IMG/VR virus record: IMGVR_UViG_3300017991_000001
Location: 147,085-211,084 of that record
Reading direction: 5' to 3' (one strand)
DNA: 64,000 nt
Part shown: one piece after another, positions 47,255 through 55,651 of the stretch
Layout of the letters: each line of letters starts with the position of its first letter
Position numbering within the stretch: position 1 is the stretch's first letter
Program-made: the position numbers and the translations under genes
Notes under the pieces: generated by a model
Database searches by the model: none
The model's input: only the letters and a program-made list of their open reading frames with translations
Told to the model about the DNA's origin: nothing

Positions 47255-49054
47255 ATGCGCGTATTCGTCCTGGGCATCCCCCACACGCAGACCACGATCG
47301 AGTTCACGACCTGTGCCTACACCATGAAGGTGTGGAACCTCTGCCGCATGCTGCACCGCCGCGGCCACGAGGTCATCCACATGGGCACGGAAGGGTCCAA
47401 CCCGGACTGCACGACCCACGTGTCGGTCACGCCGCTGGAGATGTGGGAGGAGCTGTACGGCCATCCGGGTGCGGGCTTCTACCAGACCAGCGCCGACGGG
47501 AAGTTCGCCCCGTACCACAACATCTACGAGCAGAACGTCCGCAGCGAGCTGTTGCAACGCGGAGGCGACCCCAACACCTCGATCGTCTGCGTGCCGTGGG
47601 GCGGCGCCCAGTTCAGGGCGCTGGAGGGCGTGCCGCAGCTGGCCTGCGAGAGCGGCATCGGCTACCACATCACCCAGCTGCAGAACCGGGTCTTCGAGTC
47701 CTACGCCTGGCTTCACTTCCACTGGGGCCGCGAGAACAAGCACGACGGCAAGGGCTGGTTCGATGCCGTGATCCCCAACGCCTTCGACCCCGAGATGTTT
47801 CCCTTCTCGCCCAAGGACAAGCGCAAGGACTACTTCCTCTTCATCGGCCGGCTGAACTGGGACAAGGGCGTGCCCATCGCCGTGGACGTGACCAAGCGCA
47901 TTGGCGCCAAGCTGAAGATCGTCGGCCCCGGCAGCCCCGAGCAGTGGGTCAAGGACAACCCGCACGTGGAGTACCTGCCGCCGGTGGGCGTGGAGGATCG
48001 CAAGAAGCTCATGGGCGAGGCCATCGCCACGTTCGTGCCCACCCAGTACCTGGAGCCCTTCGGCGGCGTCAACGTCGAGGCCCAGATGACGGGCTGTCCG
48101 GTGATCACCACGGACTGGGGCGCCTTCCCCGAGACGGTGCTCCATGGCATCACGGGCTACCGCTGCCGCTCCATCGAGCAGTTCGTGTGGGCCGCGAAGA
48201 ACATCGACCAGCTCGACCCGGCCAGCTGCCGGCAGTGGGCGCTGGCCAACTACTCGCTGGACCGCATCGCGCCCATGTACGAGGAGTACCTGCAGATGGT
48301 GCTCAATCGCAGGGGCCAGGGCTTCTACCAGGAGTTCCCGGAGCGCAAGCAGCTGATGTGGATGACCAAGGCCTTCCCGGCGGCGGCCACCGCGCAGCCG
48401 GCCATCCCGAAGGAGCACGTGGCCCCCAAGATCGACACGGCCTGGGAGCACGCGATCAAGTGGGAGGCGGAGTGGTGGGGCAACGAGCCCAACGAGCGCT
48501 GGGCGGCCGAGGTGGACAAGCAGAAGACCTACGCCCGCCTGATGGGCCTGCCGTACGACCTGGACATGGGCAAGAAGAACATCCTGGACGTGGGCTGCGG
48601 CCCGACCAGCATGCTGCTCAGGGCCAAGCACGGCGGCAAGTCGGTGGGCGTCGATCCGCTCCCCGTCTCCAAGAAGACAAAGGCCCGCTACAAGGACGCC
48701 AAGGTTAGGCTGTTCACCGTCAAGGGCGAGGACCTGTTCAACCCGGGCAACGGCACCAACACCCTGCGCGGCGCCACCTTCGACGAGGTCTGGATGTACA
48801 ACTGCCTGCAGCACTGCGACCAGCCGGCGATCATCCTCTCGCGCATCGCGCTGGCGGGGAAGGTCATCCGCATCTTCGAGTGGCTCAACATGGGCGTGGC
48901 TCCGGGCCACCCTCACAACCTGACGGAGAAGCTGTTTGAACTCTTCCGTAACCCGGAAATGTGGGTACAACATATCTGGAACACCGGCGTGCTGCGGGAC
49001 TTCGGCGGCACCGTGAACAACAATTACCTGGCCATCCACGTGGAGCGCAAGTGA
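47255..49054 (+). CDS. GT-B (GT4-like) glycosyltransferase fused to a SAM-dependent methyltransferase
   Basis: LFIGRLNWDKG, EPFGGVNVEAQMTGCPVITTDWGAFPETV; C-terminal ILDVGCGP and FDEVWMYNCLQH. Confidence 0.9.
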   Translation: MRVFVLGIPHTQTTIEFTTCAYTMKVWNLCRMLHRRGHEVIHMGTEGSNPDCTTHVSVTPLEMWEELYGHPGAGFYQTSADGKFAPYHNIYEQNVRSELLQRGGDPNTSIVCVPWGGAQFRALEGVPQLACESGIGYHITQLQNRVFESYAWLHFHWGRENKHDGKGWFDAVIPNAFDPEMFPFSPKDKRKDYFLFIGRLNWDKGVPIAVDVTKRIGAKLKIVGPGSPEQWVKDNPHVEYLPPVGVEDRKKLMGEAIATFVPTQYLEPFGGVNVEAQMTGCPVITTDWGAFPETVLHGITGYRCRSIEQFVWAAKNIDQLDPASCRQWALANYSLDRIAPMYEEYLQMVLNRRGQGFYQEFPERKQLMWMTKAFPAAATAQPAIPKEHVAPKIDTAWEHAIKWEAEWWGNEPNERWAAEVDKQKTYARLMGLPYDLDMGKKNILDVGCGPTSMLLRAKHGGKSVGVDPLPVSKKTKARYKDAKVRLFTVKGEDLFNPGNGTNTLRGATFDEVWMYNCLQHCDQPAIILSRIALAGKVIRIFEWLNMGVAPGHPHNLTEKLFELFRNPEMWVQHIWNTGVLRDFGGTVNNNYLAIHVERK

Positions 49055-49512
49055 GCGTCGTCGCACACATCATGGAAGAGGTGGAGCCGGGCCTGTATGC
49101 AGACTCCGCGAACCACCTGAAGATCGTGCGAGCCGTGCTGTCCAGGGCCAGCTACCGCCCCCGCAGCCACGGTGTCGAGCACTGCCCGCCCGACGTGGTG
49201 GAGTACTACCGCACGCAGACCAACATGCGTTACCCCTACAGGGCCGCGTTCACGGACAGCTTCACGAACCGCGTGCGCCGGTTGCCGGGCGACATCGTTG
49301 TGGCGACCGAACCGTGGCACCGGGAGTGCTTCAAGGGACTCCTGCGTAACGGCGCGTGGGACGGGATGCATGTCATTGAACTGCTACGCCAGGAGGGAGA
49401 GGACGCTCCGATCGCGACCGCCCGGATGACCCTGGCGCTGTCGGAGCTGAACAGATGCCCGAACCGGTTTGCATCAAAAATACGCAGAGTCCTGGAGACT
49501 ACATTGTCCTGA
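49051..49512 (+). CDS. hypothetical protein
   Basis: GTGA overlap with the upstream stop; codon bias; overlaps the next gene by ~58 bp. Confidence 0.5.
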   Translation: MSVVAHIMEEVEPGLYADSANHLKIVRAVLSRASYRPRSHGVEHCPPDVVEYYRTQTNMRYPYRAAFTDSFTNRVRRLPGDIVVATEPWHRECFKGLLRNGAWDGMHVIELLRQEGEDAPIATARMTLALSELNRCPNRFASKIRRVLETTLS

Positions 49513-51206
49513 CGGCGGCACTGCGGGACATCACGCTGTGCTACCCGGGCGTCTTCCAGTTCACCGCGGCCACGCCGGAGCCGGACATCTGGCGCAACAA
49601 CCCGCTGGTGAAGCACGGGGATAAGCGCGGCATCAGGCGCATCGTGGCCAGGTACTCCTCGCCCAACAACCCCTACCGCATCCACAAGTCCAACCAGGCC
49701 CGCGCCCACTTCATGTGGTCCTTCCTGGCCGACCTCAACCTGATGCTGAAGACCCACGCCGTGCTGACGGACTTTCGTCCGGCACTGTACCTGACCGAGG
49801 AGGAGAAGGCCACGCCCCTGCTCCAGACGGACAAGCCGTACTGGGTGATGGTGGCCGGCGGCAAGCGGGACTTCACGGCGAAGTGGTGGGACAAGGACCG
49901 CTGGCAGCAGGTGGTCGACCGCGTCAAGGACAGGGTGACGGTCGTACAGGTGGGCGGAGGCAGCCACATCCACCCAAGACTCACGGGTGTGCATGACCTG
50001 GTGGCCAAGACCTCCTTCCGCGAGCTGATGCGGCTGATCTACCACAGCCACGGGGTCTTCTGCATCGTGACCTGCCTGATGCACATCGCCGCGGCCTTCA
50101 ACAAGCCCTGCGTGACGGTGGCCGGCGGCCGGGAGCCGTGGTGGTGGGAGGCGTACAACGAGGAGAACCGCCTGGCCAACATGCGGATCGGCCGGGCGGA
50201 CTGGAAGCCGCCCGAGCCCGACACGTTCATCCCGCACCGGTACATCTACCTGGAGTGCGACAAACCCAAGTGGAGTGGCGGGCGGGGGTGTTGGAAGAGC
50301 AAGCTGGAGGGTGGGAACAAGTGTGAGGATATCGTGGCCACGCAGACGGGTCTCAGGCTCCCGCACTGCCTGGACAAGATCACGGCCGAAAGGGTGGTCA
50401 AGGAGTTCGAGTGGTACTACGAGAACGAGATCCTGTCGCTGGACAAGAAACTGATCCTGCCTCCCATTATCCCCGCCATTCCTTCAAGCAACGCCTATCC
50501 GACCCCACAGGCGTACGTGCCGAGCAAGTCGAAAGCCAAAGTACCCAAGGGCAGGGCGCAACCCACGCCCCTCTGGCATGATGTGGCCAAGCCGGCACCC
50601 GAACCGAACCTGGACAAGACCCACCTGTTCGTATACCTGGGCGGCCAGACCAGGCTGGACTACCTGAACCAGATACGGGAGCGTTCCCCCCGCGCGGCGC
50701 TCACGGCTGTCTGCAACACCGCCTCCGGCGAAGTGGACAACTGGTGCAAACACAACGCGGCCGAGGCCGTCATGGACGGGGCCGAACCGGGGCGCCCGGA
50801 GATGCTCTACCGCGCGCTCTCCGACGCCAAGCGCGAGCAGCTCGTGTGGATCGAGTACCCCGTCATGCCGCGTGCCGGCCACTGGGGCAGGTACCTTACG
50901 CCGTTCCCCGATAAGTCCTTCGGCGGCTGCTTCTACTGGCAGCGCATAACCGACGGGCATGAGCAGCTGATGAAGTCATCTCCGTGGGCAAAGGGTTGGA
51001 ACCCCCGGCAGCATGGCACGGAAGGCTTCGCCACCATGGTCTTTCCGCTGCGCGGGTACTTGGTGCTTCCGCGAAGCCTGGTCGGTCGTATAGAATGGGC
51101 GTGCAGGCACGTGCCCGACGCGGCGTTCGAGCTGGTGCTGGGCGCGCTGCTGAGCCAGTGGCAGACACCTCTGTTGGACTTGGGCCATACGGTGGAACAC
51201 CAATGA
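49455..51206 (+). CDS. GT9-like (heptosyltransferase-type) glycosyltransferase with an extra C-terminal domain
   Basis: SPGDYIVLTAAL, AKWW..DRW, DLVAKTSFRELMRLI, MHIAAAFNKPCV motifs. Confidence 0.8.
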   Translation: MPEPVCIKNTQSPGDYIVLTAALRDITLCYPGVFQFTAATPEPDIWRNNPLVKHGDKRGIRRIVARYSSPNNPYRIHKSNQARAHFMWSFLADLNLMLKTHAVLTDFRPALYLTEEEKATPLLQTDKPYWVMVAGGKRDFTAKWWDKDRWQQVVDRVKDRVTVVQVGGGSHIHPRLTGVHDLVAKTSFRELMRLIYHSHGVFCIVTCLMHIAAAFNKPCVTVAGGREPWWWEAYNEENRLANMRIGRADWKPPEPDTFIPHRYIYLECDKPKWSGGRGCWKSKLEGGNKCEDIVATQTGLRLPHCLDKITAERVVKEFEWYYENEILSLDKKLILPPIIPAIPSSNAYPTPQAYVPSKSKAKVPKGRAQPTPLWHDVAKPAPEPNLDKTHLFVYLGGQTRLDYLNQIRERSPRAALTAVCNTASGEVDNWCKHNAAEAVMDGAEPGRPEMLYRALSDAKREQLVWIEYPVMPRAGHWGRYLTPFPDKSFGGCFYWQRITDGHEQLMKSSPWAKGWNPRQHGTEGFATMVFPLRGYLVLPRSLVGRIEWACRHVPDAAFELVLGALLSQWQTPLLDLGHTVEHQ

Positions 51207-51532
51207 CCGTACTCGAACTGGACGACGAGAAGATCTTCAAGCTCGCGGGCGACCCGGCCGTCTACGCGGCGGCGCCGTTCCTGGAGCCCATGAAGAACGC
51301 TGCACTTTCCGCCGCGGCTAAGTACCGCAGCTGCAAGAAGTGTCAGAAGCCCGCCTATATCAAGACGGCCAAGGCCGTGGGCGGGGCCTTCGTGCGTCTC
51401 ACGCTGGACGCCGACCCGTCCCTGTACCCGCCCCTGAAGGCGATCATCTTCAAGATCCTGAACGTCCACCATGCCGACCAGGTGATGATGAACTACACCA
51501 AGGACGGGCAGCAGCACCAGTTGACCTTCTGA
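51203..51532 (+). CDS. small CxxC protein; paralogue family A
   Basis: ATGA overlap; LDDEKIFKLAGDPAV...PFL; SCKKC. Confidence 0.65.
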   Translation: MTVLELDDEKIFKLAGDPAVYAAAPFLEPMKNAALSAAAKYRSCKKCQKPAYIKTAKAVGGAFVRLTLDADPSLYPPLKAIIFKILNVHHADQVMMNYTKDGQQHQLTF

Positions 51533-51554
51533 ACATGGGACCTACAATGCTGCC

Positions 51555-52040
51555 ATGACGACCGTGCCGACCGAGTTCTATACGGGTGACAGCAGCCGCT
51601 ACATCAAATTGCAGCGGGAGGGCATGACCACCTACGTGAGCGGCCGCACGCAGGGCTTCCGCGTGCGGATCACGGCCATCGAATCCAACGAGATGCCGCT
51701 GGAGATCTTCGTCTACCAGCACCTCCCCTTCCCCGACAGCGAGACCGGGTACCAGGACCGTTTCGTCAACATTGCCAGCCCCAACGACATCGAGGAGTAT
51801 AATGTGGGTGAGGTGGGGGATTCCACGCGCCCCTTCTTCCGGCTGGCCGCGATCGACCTGGTCTTCCGCAACGATGACATGCTCGAGGAGGCGGTCCAGA
51901 AGATCTACGACGAGATCGGCCAGCTCGTGGAGAGCCTCAACTACATGGACGACCTCGAAGTGCAGGAGGAAGTGACCATTGGGACACCGCCAACTAGTTC
52001 CTCCTCCTCGTCCTCCGATTCAAGCTCGAGCTCGTCCTAA
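51555..52040 (+). CDS. hypothetical acidic protein with C-terminal poly-Ser
   Basis: Ends PPTSSSSSSSDSSSSSS. Confidence 0.75.
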   Translation: MTTVPTEFYTGDSSRYIKLQREGMTTYVSGRTQGFRVRITAIESNEMPLEIFVYQHLPFPDSETGYQDRFVNIASPNDIEEYNVGEVGDSTRPFFRLAAIDLVFRNDDMLEEAVQKIYDEIGQLVESLNYMDDLEVQEEVTIGTPPTSSSSSSSDSSSSSS

Positions 52041-52116
52041 CACGCCCCCCAAGCCGTTTGACCGCACCGTACGCTCGCGTCCGCCGCCCCCGGCCAGGGC
52101 TCCGCGGCGCAAGAGC

Positions 52117-52404
52117 ATGACGCTGGGCAACGACCAGCTGATCAACCTGCTCAGGAACGCCGCCGTCATCACCGCCATCCCCAGGCTGCGCGGCCTGCTC
52201 AAGAACCTGCCGCAAGGCGGGTGCCGCTGCGCCAAGAAGAGCGCCGCGGCACACAACCGCAGGGAGGCGATCAACCGCGTCAAGGAAACCCTCCAGACCC
52301 TCTCGCCCGACGAGCGCGCGGCGCTGCTGCGGGCCATGCAGACGGACGAGATCTTCTTCTACGTGAGCGCCGGCAACGGTTCCGTCGAGCGCCGCAGCAT
52401 CTAA
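52117..52404 (+). CDS. small Cys-containing protein; paralogue family A
   Basis: LGNDQLINLLRNAAV...PRL; GCRC; start uncertain. Confidence 0.6.
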   Translation: MTLGNDQLINLLRNAAVITAIPRLRGLLKNLPQGGCRCAKKSAAAHNRREAINRVKETLQTLSPDERAALLRAMQTDEIFFYVSAGNGSVERRSI

Positions 52405-52416
52405 AGACAACCTCCC

Positions 52417-52429
52417 GGCGCGTTACTAT
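52417..52429 (+). promoter_or_regulatory. candidate promoter motif GGCGCGTTACTAT
   Basis: Second copy of the 28607 motif; contains TACTAT (-10-like). Confidence 0.4.
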
Positions 52430-52556
52430 TCCATGTGACCCGAGTTGGCCATTCGGCCAGTTTTGGCTCATGTCAGTTCCGCGCGCATTGGGCGCAGGGA
52501 GGTGACTTATGTAGCGGCGCTACGTTCCGGGTAGCTCCCGGAGAAAGGACAGAAGC

Positions 52557-53159
52557 ATGCCCAGAAAGGGTAGGAGGGGCGGGAAGGCTCATGACGACAA
52601 GGTGACGGAGAAAGTGCTGGAGAAAGCATTCGACAGCATGCCGCTTCACCATCAGGCCCTCGCGGTTGCCGAAGGGACGCTGGAGGCAGCCATGAGTGTT
52701 CCCGGGTCGGTTATCGACGGTGTGACGGGCCTCGCGTCGGACATCTATTACGACGCCTGTGCCGCATATCGCGGGGGGAAGTTGCGCGGGACGATGAAGC
52801 ACAAGCCCGCGACAAAACTCGCGGTGGGTATCCTGATCCACCTGCTGCGACGGAAGTACGGCATCGGCTGGAAGGATGCCGCTATCGCCCTTGACCTTGG
52901 CAAGGGTGAGGCGCGACGTCTCGCGAAGAGCAAGAAGATTCAGCGAGCGCTCAAGGACCCCGTCAAGATGGTGGAGGTCCTGCACGGCAAGAAGGCCGCC
53001 AAACGTGTGGAGGCCCGAGCCGACGAAAGGGTCAGGAAAGCCGAGGACAAGGCCCGCAGGAAAGTCGAGAAGGAGCGGGCCAAAACCGAAGGAAAGGAGA
53101 CCGTGTCGGTCCTCGACGACTATGGTATCAGGCCGATCGAGGCGCCGGCGCCAGGCTGA
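52557..53159 (+). CDS. hypothetical basic protein (possible DNA-binding)
   Basis: AAGGA RBS; GWKDAAIALDLGKGEARRL is weakly HTH-like. Confidence 0.6.
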   Translation: MPRKGRRGGKAHDDKVTEKVLEKAFDSMPLHHQALAVAEGTLEAAMSVPGSVIDGVTGLASDIYYDACAAYRGGKLRGTMKHKPATKLAVGILIHLLRRKYGIGWKDAAIALDLGKGEARRLAKSKKIQRALKDPVKMVEVLHGKKAAKRVEARADERVRKAEDKARRKVEKERAKTEGKETVSVLDDYGIRPIEAPAPG

Positions 53160-53161
53160 AC

Positions 53162-53320
53162 ATGAAAGGCAAGAAGGGCAAGAAGGGAAAGAAGGGCAAG
53201 AAGAAGCGCAGGAAGGTTGGAGCGGAGGACACCGACCGCTCCTCGCAGACGGCGAGGGTGGTCGGCAAGGTTGCCGCCTGGACGGTGGTGGGCATGGCAA
53301 CCGCCGCGTGTCTCGTTTAG
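53162..53320 (+). CDS. 52-aa peptide: (KG)K-rich N-terminus plus C-terminal hydrophobic helix
   Basis: MKGKKGKKGKKGKKKRRK...VAAWTVVGMATAACLV*; below the ORF-track cutoff; followed by a terminator. Confidence 0.55.
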   Translation: MKGKKGKKGKKGKKKRRKVGAEDTDRSSQTARVVGKVAAWTVVGMATAACLV

Positions 53321-53334
53321 GAGGAAGGTCATGT

Positions 53335-53365
53335 GGCCGCCGGGGAAACCCGGCGGCCTTCTTTT
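53335..53365 (+). terminator. Rho-independent terminator
   Basis: GGCCGCCGGG-GAAA-CCCGGCGGCC followed by TTCTTTT. Confidence 0.85.
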
Positions 53366-53379
53366 AGCTATCAGGTTGC

Positions 53380-53407
53380 TTGACGATATCGAATAGTTTG
53401 GTAGTCT
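53380..53407 (+). promoter_or_regulatory. sigma70-type promoter
   Basis: TTGACG-16 bp-TAGTCT with an extended TG; AGGAGGAG RBS downstream. Confidence 0.6.
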
Positions 53408-53434
53408 CATGGGCCAACTTCAGGAGGAGAACCG

Positions 53435-53806
53435 ATGACAGAACAACAGCAGCAGCCCCCTTTGGCCACGGGCGCGGGGCAGATCGTGGATGCCAGGCCG
53501 CACGCCGGCGACATCAAGGTCGTGGAGGTGAAGGGCGGGGCACCGGGACAGGGCATTGACTACCTGTACGTGACCGTGGAGGCGGAGACCGCCGAGAAGG
53601 TCCTCTCGCAGGCGGCCAAGCAGGTGGCCTGGGAGGCGCGCAAGAAACACGGCATGCACAGCGCCGGCATCGAACCGGCAGGCGGACCCTACCCCGTCGA
53701 CGCGCGGAACGGCAAGGCGGTGCCCAACGAAGTCCTGCAGGACGTCAGGCGGCGACCGAAGCTGCGCTACCGGCACACGTTCAGGCTGACCCAGGCGGCG
53801 GTGTAA
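53435..53806 (+). CDS. hypothetical protein
   Basis: Strong RBS, own promoter, codon bias. Confidence 0.75.
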   Translation: MTEQQQQPPLATGAGQIVDARPHAGDIKVVEVKGGAPGQGIDYLYVTVEAETAEKVLSQAAKQVAWEARKKHGMHSAGIEPAGGPYPVDARNGKAVPNEVLQDVRRRPKLRYRHTFRLTQAAV

Positions 53807-53982
53807 TGTTCTTCGCGCAGGCCATATCACTGGGCGTTGCCATCGGCTTCACCTTGGAGTCGGTGGAACGCCTGTTGTTCTTCAGGCACGACCAGCTCCT
53901 GATACCAAAGAAGAACTGGACCCATTTCTTTACGGGGTTGAGCTGGGGACTGGTCTACTTCAACTTCTCCCTCTTAGCATGA
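53806..53982 (+). CDS. 58-aa hydrophobic (two-TM-like) peptide
   Basis: TAATG coupling; MFFAQAISLGVAIGF...GLSWGLVYFNFSLLA*. Confidence 0.5.
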   Translation: MFFAQAISLGVAIGFTLESVERLLFFRHDQLLIPKKNWTHFFTGLSWGLVYFNFSLLA

Positions 53983-54001
53983 TTCCGGTGCCGGCATCGA
54001 A

Positions 54002-54490
54002 ATGTTCACCGCCGACTTCGTCAAGGGCGCCACCCGCCTGTCGGATGAGAACATCCGCTACGTGCTGACGGTCTGCCTGCACCGCAAGGTCGAGGGGCCG
54101 GTGACCAGCGGGGAGCTGTTGTGCCTGCTGGTCTTCGACCTGCTCAAGGGGATGGGCTTCTCCGTCGAGCACCTGACGGCCATACTGCTCCACTGCGGGG
54201 AGCGTCTGATCGGAATAGGGAAGGTGTTCGACCTGGCCAAGCCCGGCGACGAGATCGAGTTCCAGTCGCTGCAGATTCTGGACAACCGGTGGGTGGTGAT
54301 GAACGAGGAAGTGCCGTACGACTTCACGAAAATGGAACCGGCGCCACAGTCTCCGCTGCCTGTGCTTTCTCTTGCTGTCGCGCTGCCAAGGCTGTATCAG
54401 CTCGCGATTTCAGCTTCTGCACCCGCTCCTCGTCAGCGTTCTTCAGGGGCAACGAAGCCAGATCGGAAATCAGGCGACGCATCCGGGTGA
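54002..54490 (+). CDS. hypothetical protein
   Basis: Good codon bias in the 5' two-thirds; 3' end overlaps a convergent gene. Confidence 0.55.
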   Translation: MFTADFVKGATRLSDENIRYVLTVCLHRKVEGPVTSGELLCLLVFDLLKGMGFSVEHLTAILLHCGERLIGIGKVFDLAKPGDEIEFQSLQILDNRWVVMNEEVPYDFTKMEPAPQSPLPVLSLAVALPRLYQLAISASAPAPRQRSSGATKPDRKSGDASG

Positions 54491-55067
54491 GCAGGTACTC
54501 GTCGATCTCCATGCGCTTGCGGGTCTGCATGTCCCAGTAGGCGTTGACCTCGATCGCGTCAACGGCCAGCCCCTCCTCGACACTGCTGGCGTCCTGCAGT
54601 TCGGTGCCCACGTGGGGCGCGAGGATCTGCGGGACCTGGGTGAAACCCTCCTCCTTCAGCGACGTTTTCATGTACGCCAGGATCTCCGAGGAGAAGTCCT
54701 CGTCCTCCCCGAGCGGGTCGATCAGGTGCTGCTCGGACAGCGCCCAGCACATCTCCCGGACGGTGGCCGGGTCGTAGCTGGCGAAGTCCGCGCCGTTGCC
54801 GGAGAGGGCGTTGCAGGCGTGGATGAAGAACTCAAGGCTGACCTGGAAGAGGTTGGTCGTGACGATGTTGATCAGCGCCCAGATCTTGTCCATGTTCTCC
54901 TGGGGCGGCTCGGCGCCCCAGGCGGCCCTGATCTCCATGCGCAGGGTGTCGGGCTCCCAGTCGAAGAGCTCCGTGCCGAACCGGTCAAGCAGGATGACCA
55001 GCAGGGGCGTGGCGATGGCGTCGGGGTCGCGTAGCATGTCGGCCACGCGTTTCTCTTCCTGGCGCAT
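54324..55067 (-). CDS. hypothetical protein
   Basis: Globular-looking sequence; minus-strand codon bias; coupled to the upstream minus-strand gene. Confidence 0.75.
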   Translation of the reverse strand: MRQEEKRVADMLRDPDAIATPLLVILLDRFGTELFDWEPDTLRMEIRAAWGAEPPQENMDKIWALINIVTTNLFQVSLEFFIHACNALSGNGADFASYDPATVREMCWALSEQHLIDPLGEDEDFSSEILAYMKTSLKEEGFTQVPQILAPHVGTELQDASSVEEGLAVDAIEVNAYWDMQTRKRMEIDEYLLTRMRRLISDLASLPLKNADEERVQKLKSRADTALAARQQEKAQAAETVAPVPFS

Positions 55068-55068
55068 A

Positions 55069-55641
55069 TCAGTTTCCGAACGTGGGCGGCACGTATCCAG
55101 AGAGCAGGGCGGCGCGCAGGCTGGCAGGCGTCGCGGGTTTGGGTTCGGGCACGTTGCTCAGGCCGTAGGCCGTGCCGAGAGCGGCGGCCGGCGCCATGAA
55201 GCCCAGCGTGCGGGCCGTGCGCGGGTTGGTGGGTCCGCCGGCCAGGCGCACCAGCAGCTTCTGGATCTCGGGCGAGAGCTCGTAGGACATGTTCGAGATG
55301 CTGTGCCCCAGGCTTTCGGCCAGGCCGGGTACGGTCGGGCCGCCTTCGGGTATGCCCGAGGGCAGCTCGATCTTGGCCGGGTAGTCCGCGCCGACGCGGT
55401 GCTCGGGCGCCTCCACGGCCTTGGGTGCGGGCTTGCCTTTGCCCTTCTTGCCTTTGGGTTTGCCCTTACCCTTGATCTTACCCTTCGCTTTGCCCAGGCC
55501 CTTGCTCAGGCCCTTGCCCAGGCCCTTCTTGCCCACGAGGCGCGCGCCGGCGCGCAGAGCCGTGCGCATGATGGCCGCTTTCTCCACGCCTTCGGACGAG
55601 CCGAGGCCGCAGAGGAGGCCGAGCTTCGATGCTGTGGTCAT
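55069..55641 (-). CDS. G/K-rich basic protein with N-terminal EKAA; possible internal head protein
   Basis: AAGGAG RBS; GKKGLGKGLSKGLGKAKGK repeat; hydrophobic C-segment. Confidence 0.65.
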   Translation of the reverse strand: MTTASKLGLLCGLGSSEGVEKAAIMRTALRAGARLVGKKGLGKGLSKGLGKAKGKIKGKGKPKGKKGKGKPAPKAVEAPEHRVGADYPAKIELPSGIPEGGPTVPGLAESLGHSISNMSYELSPEIQKLLVRLAGGPTNPRTARTLGFMAPAAALGTAYGLSNVPEPKPATPASLRAALLSGYVPPTFGN

Positions 55642-55651
55642 GGACGTCTCC

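Noticed and set aside
52876-53367. ORF with QEG repeats
   Set aside because: Alternative frame overlapping the 52557 gene and running through the terminator; the KGK frame with ATG at 53162 fits better.
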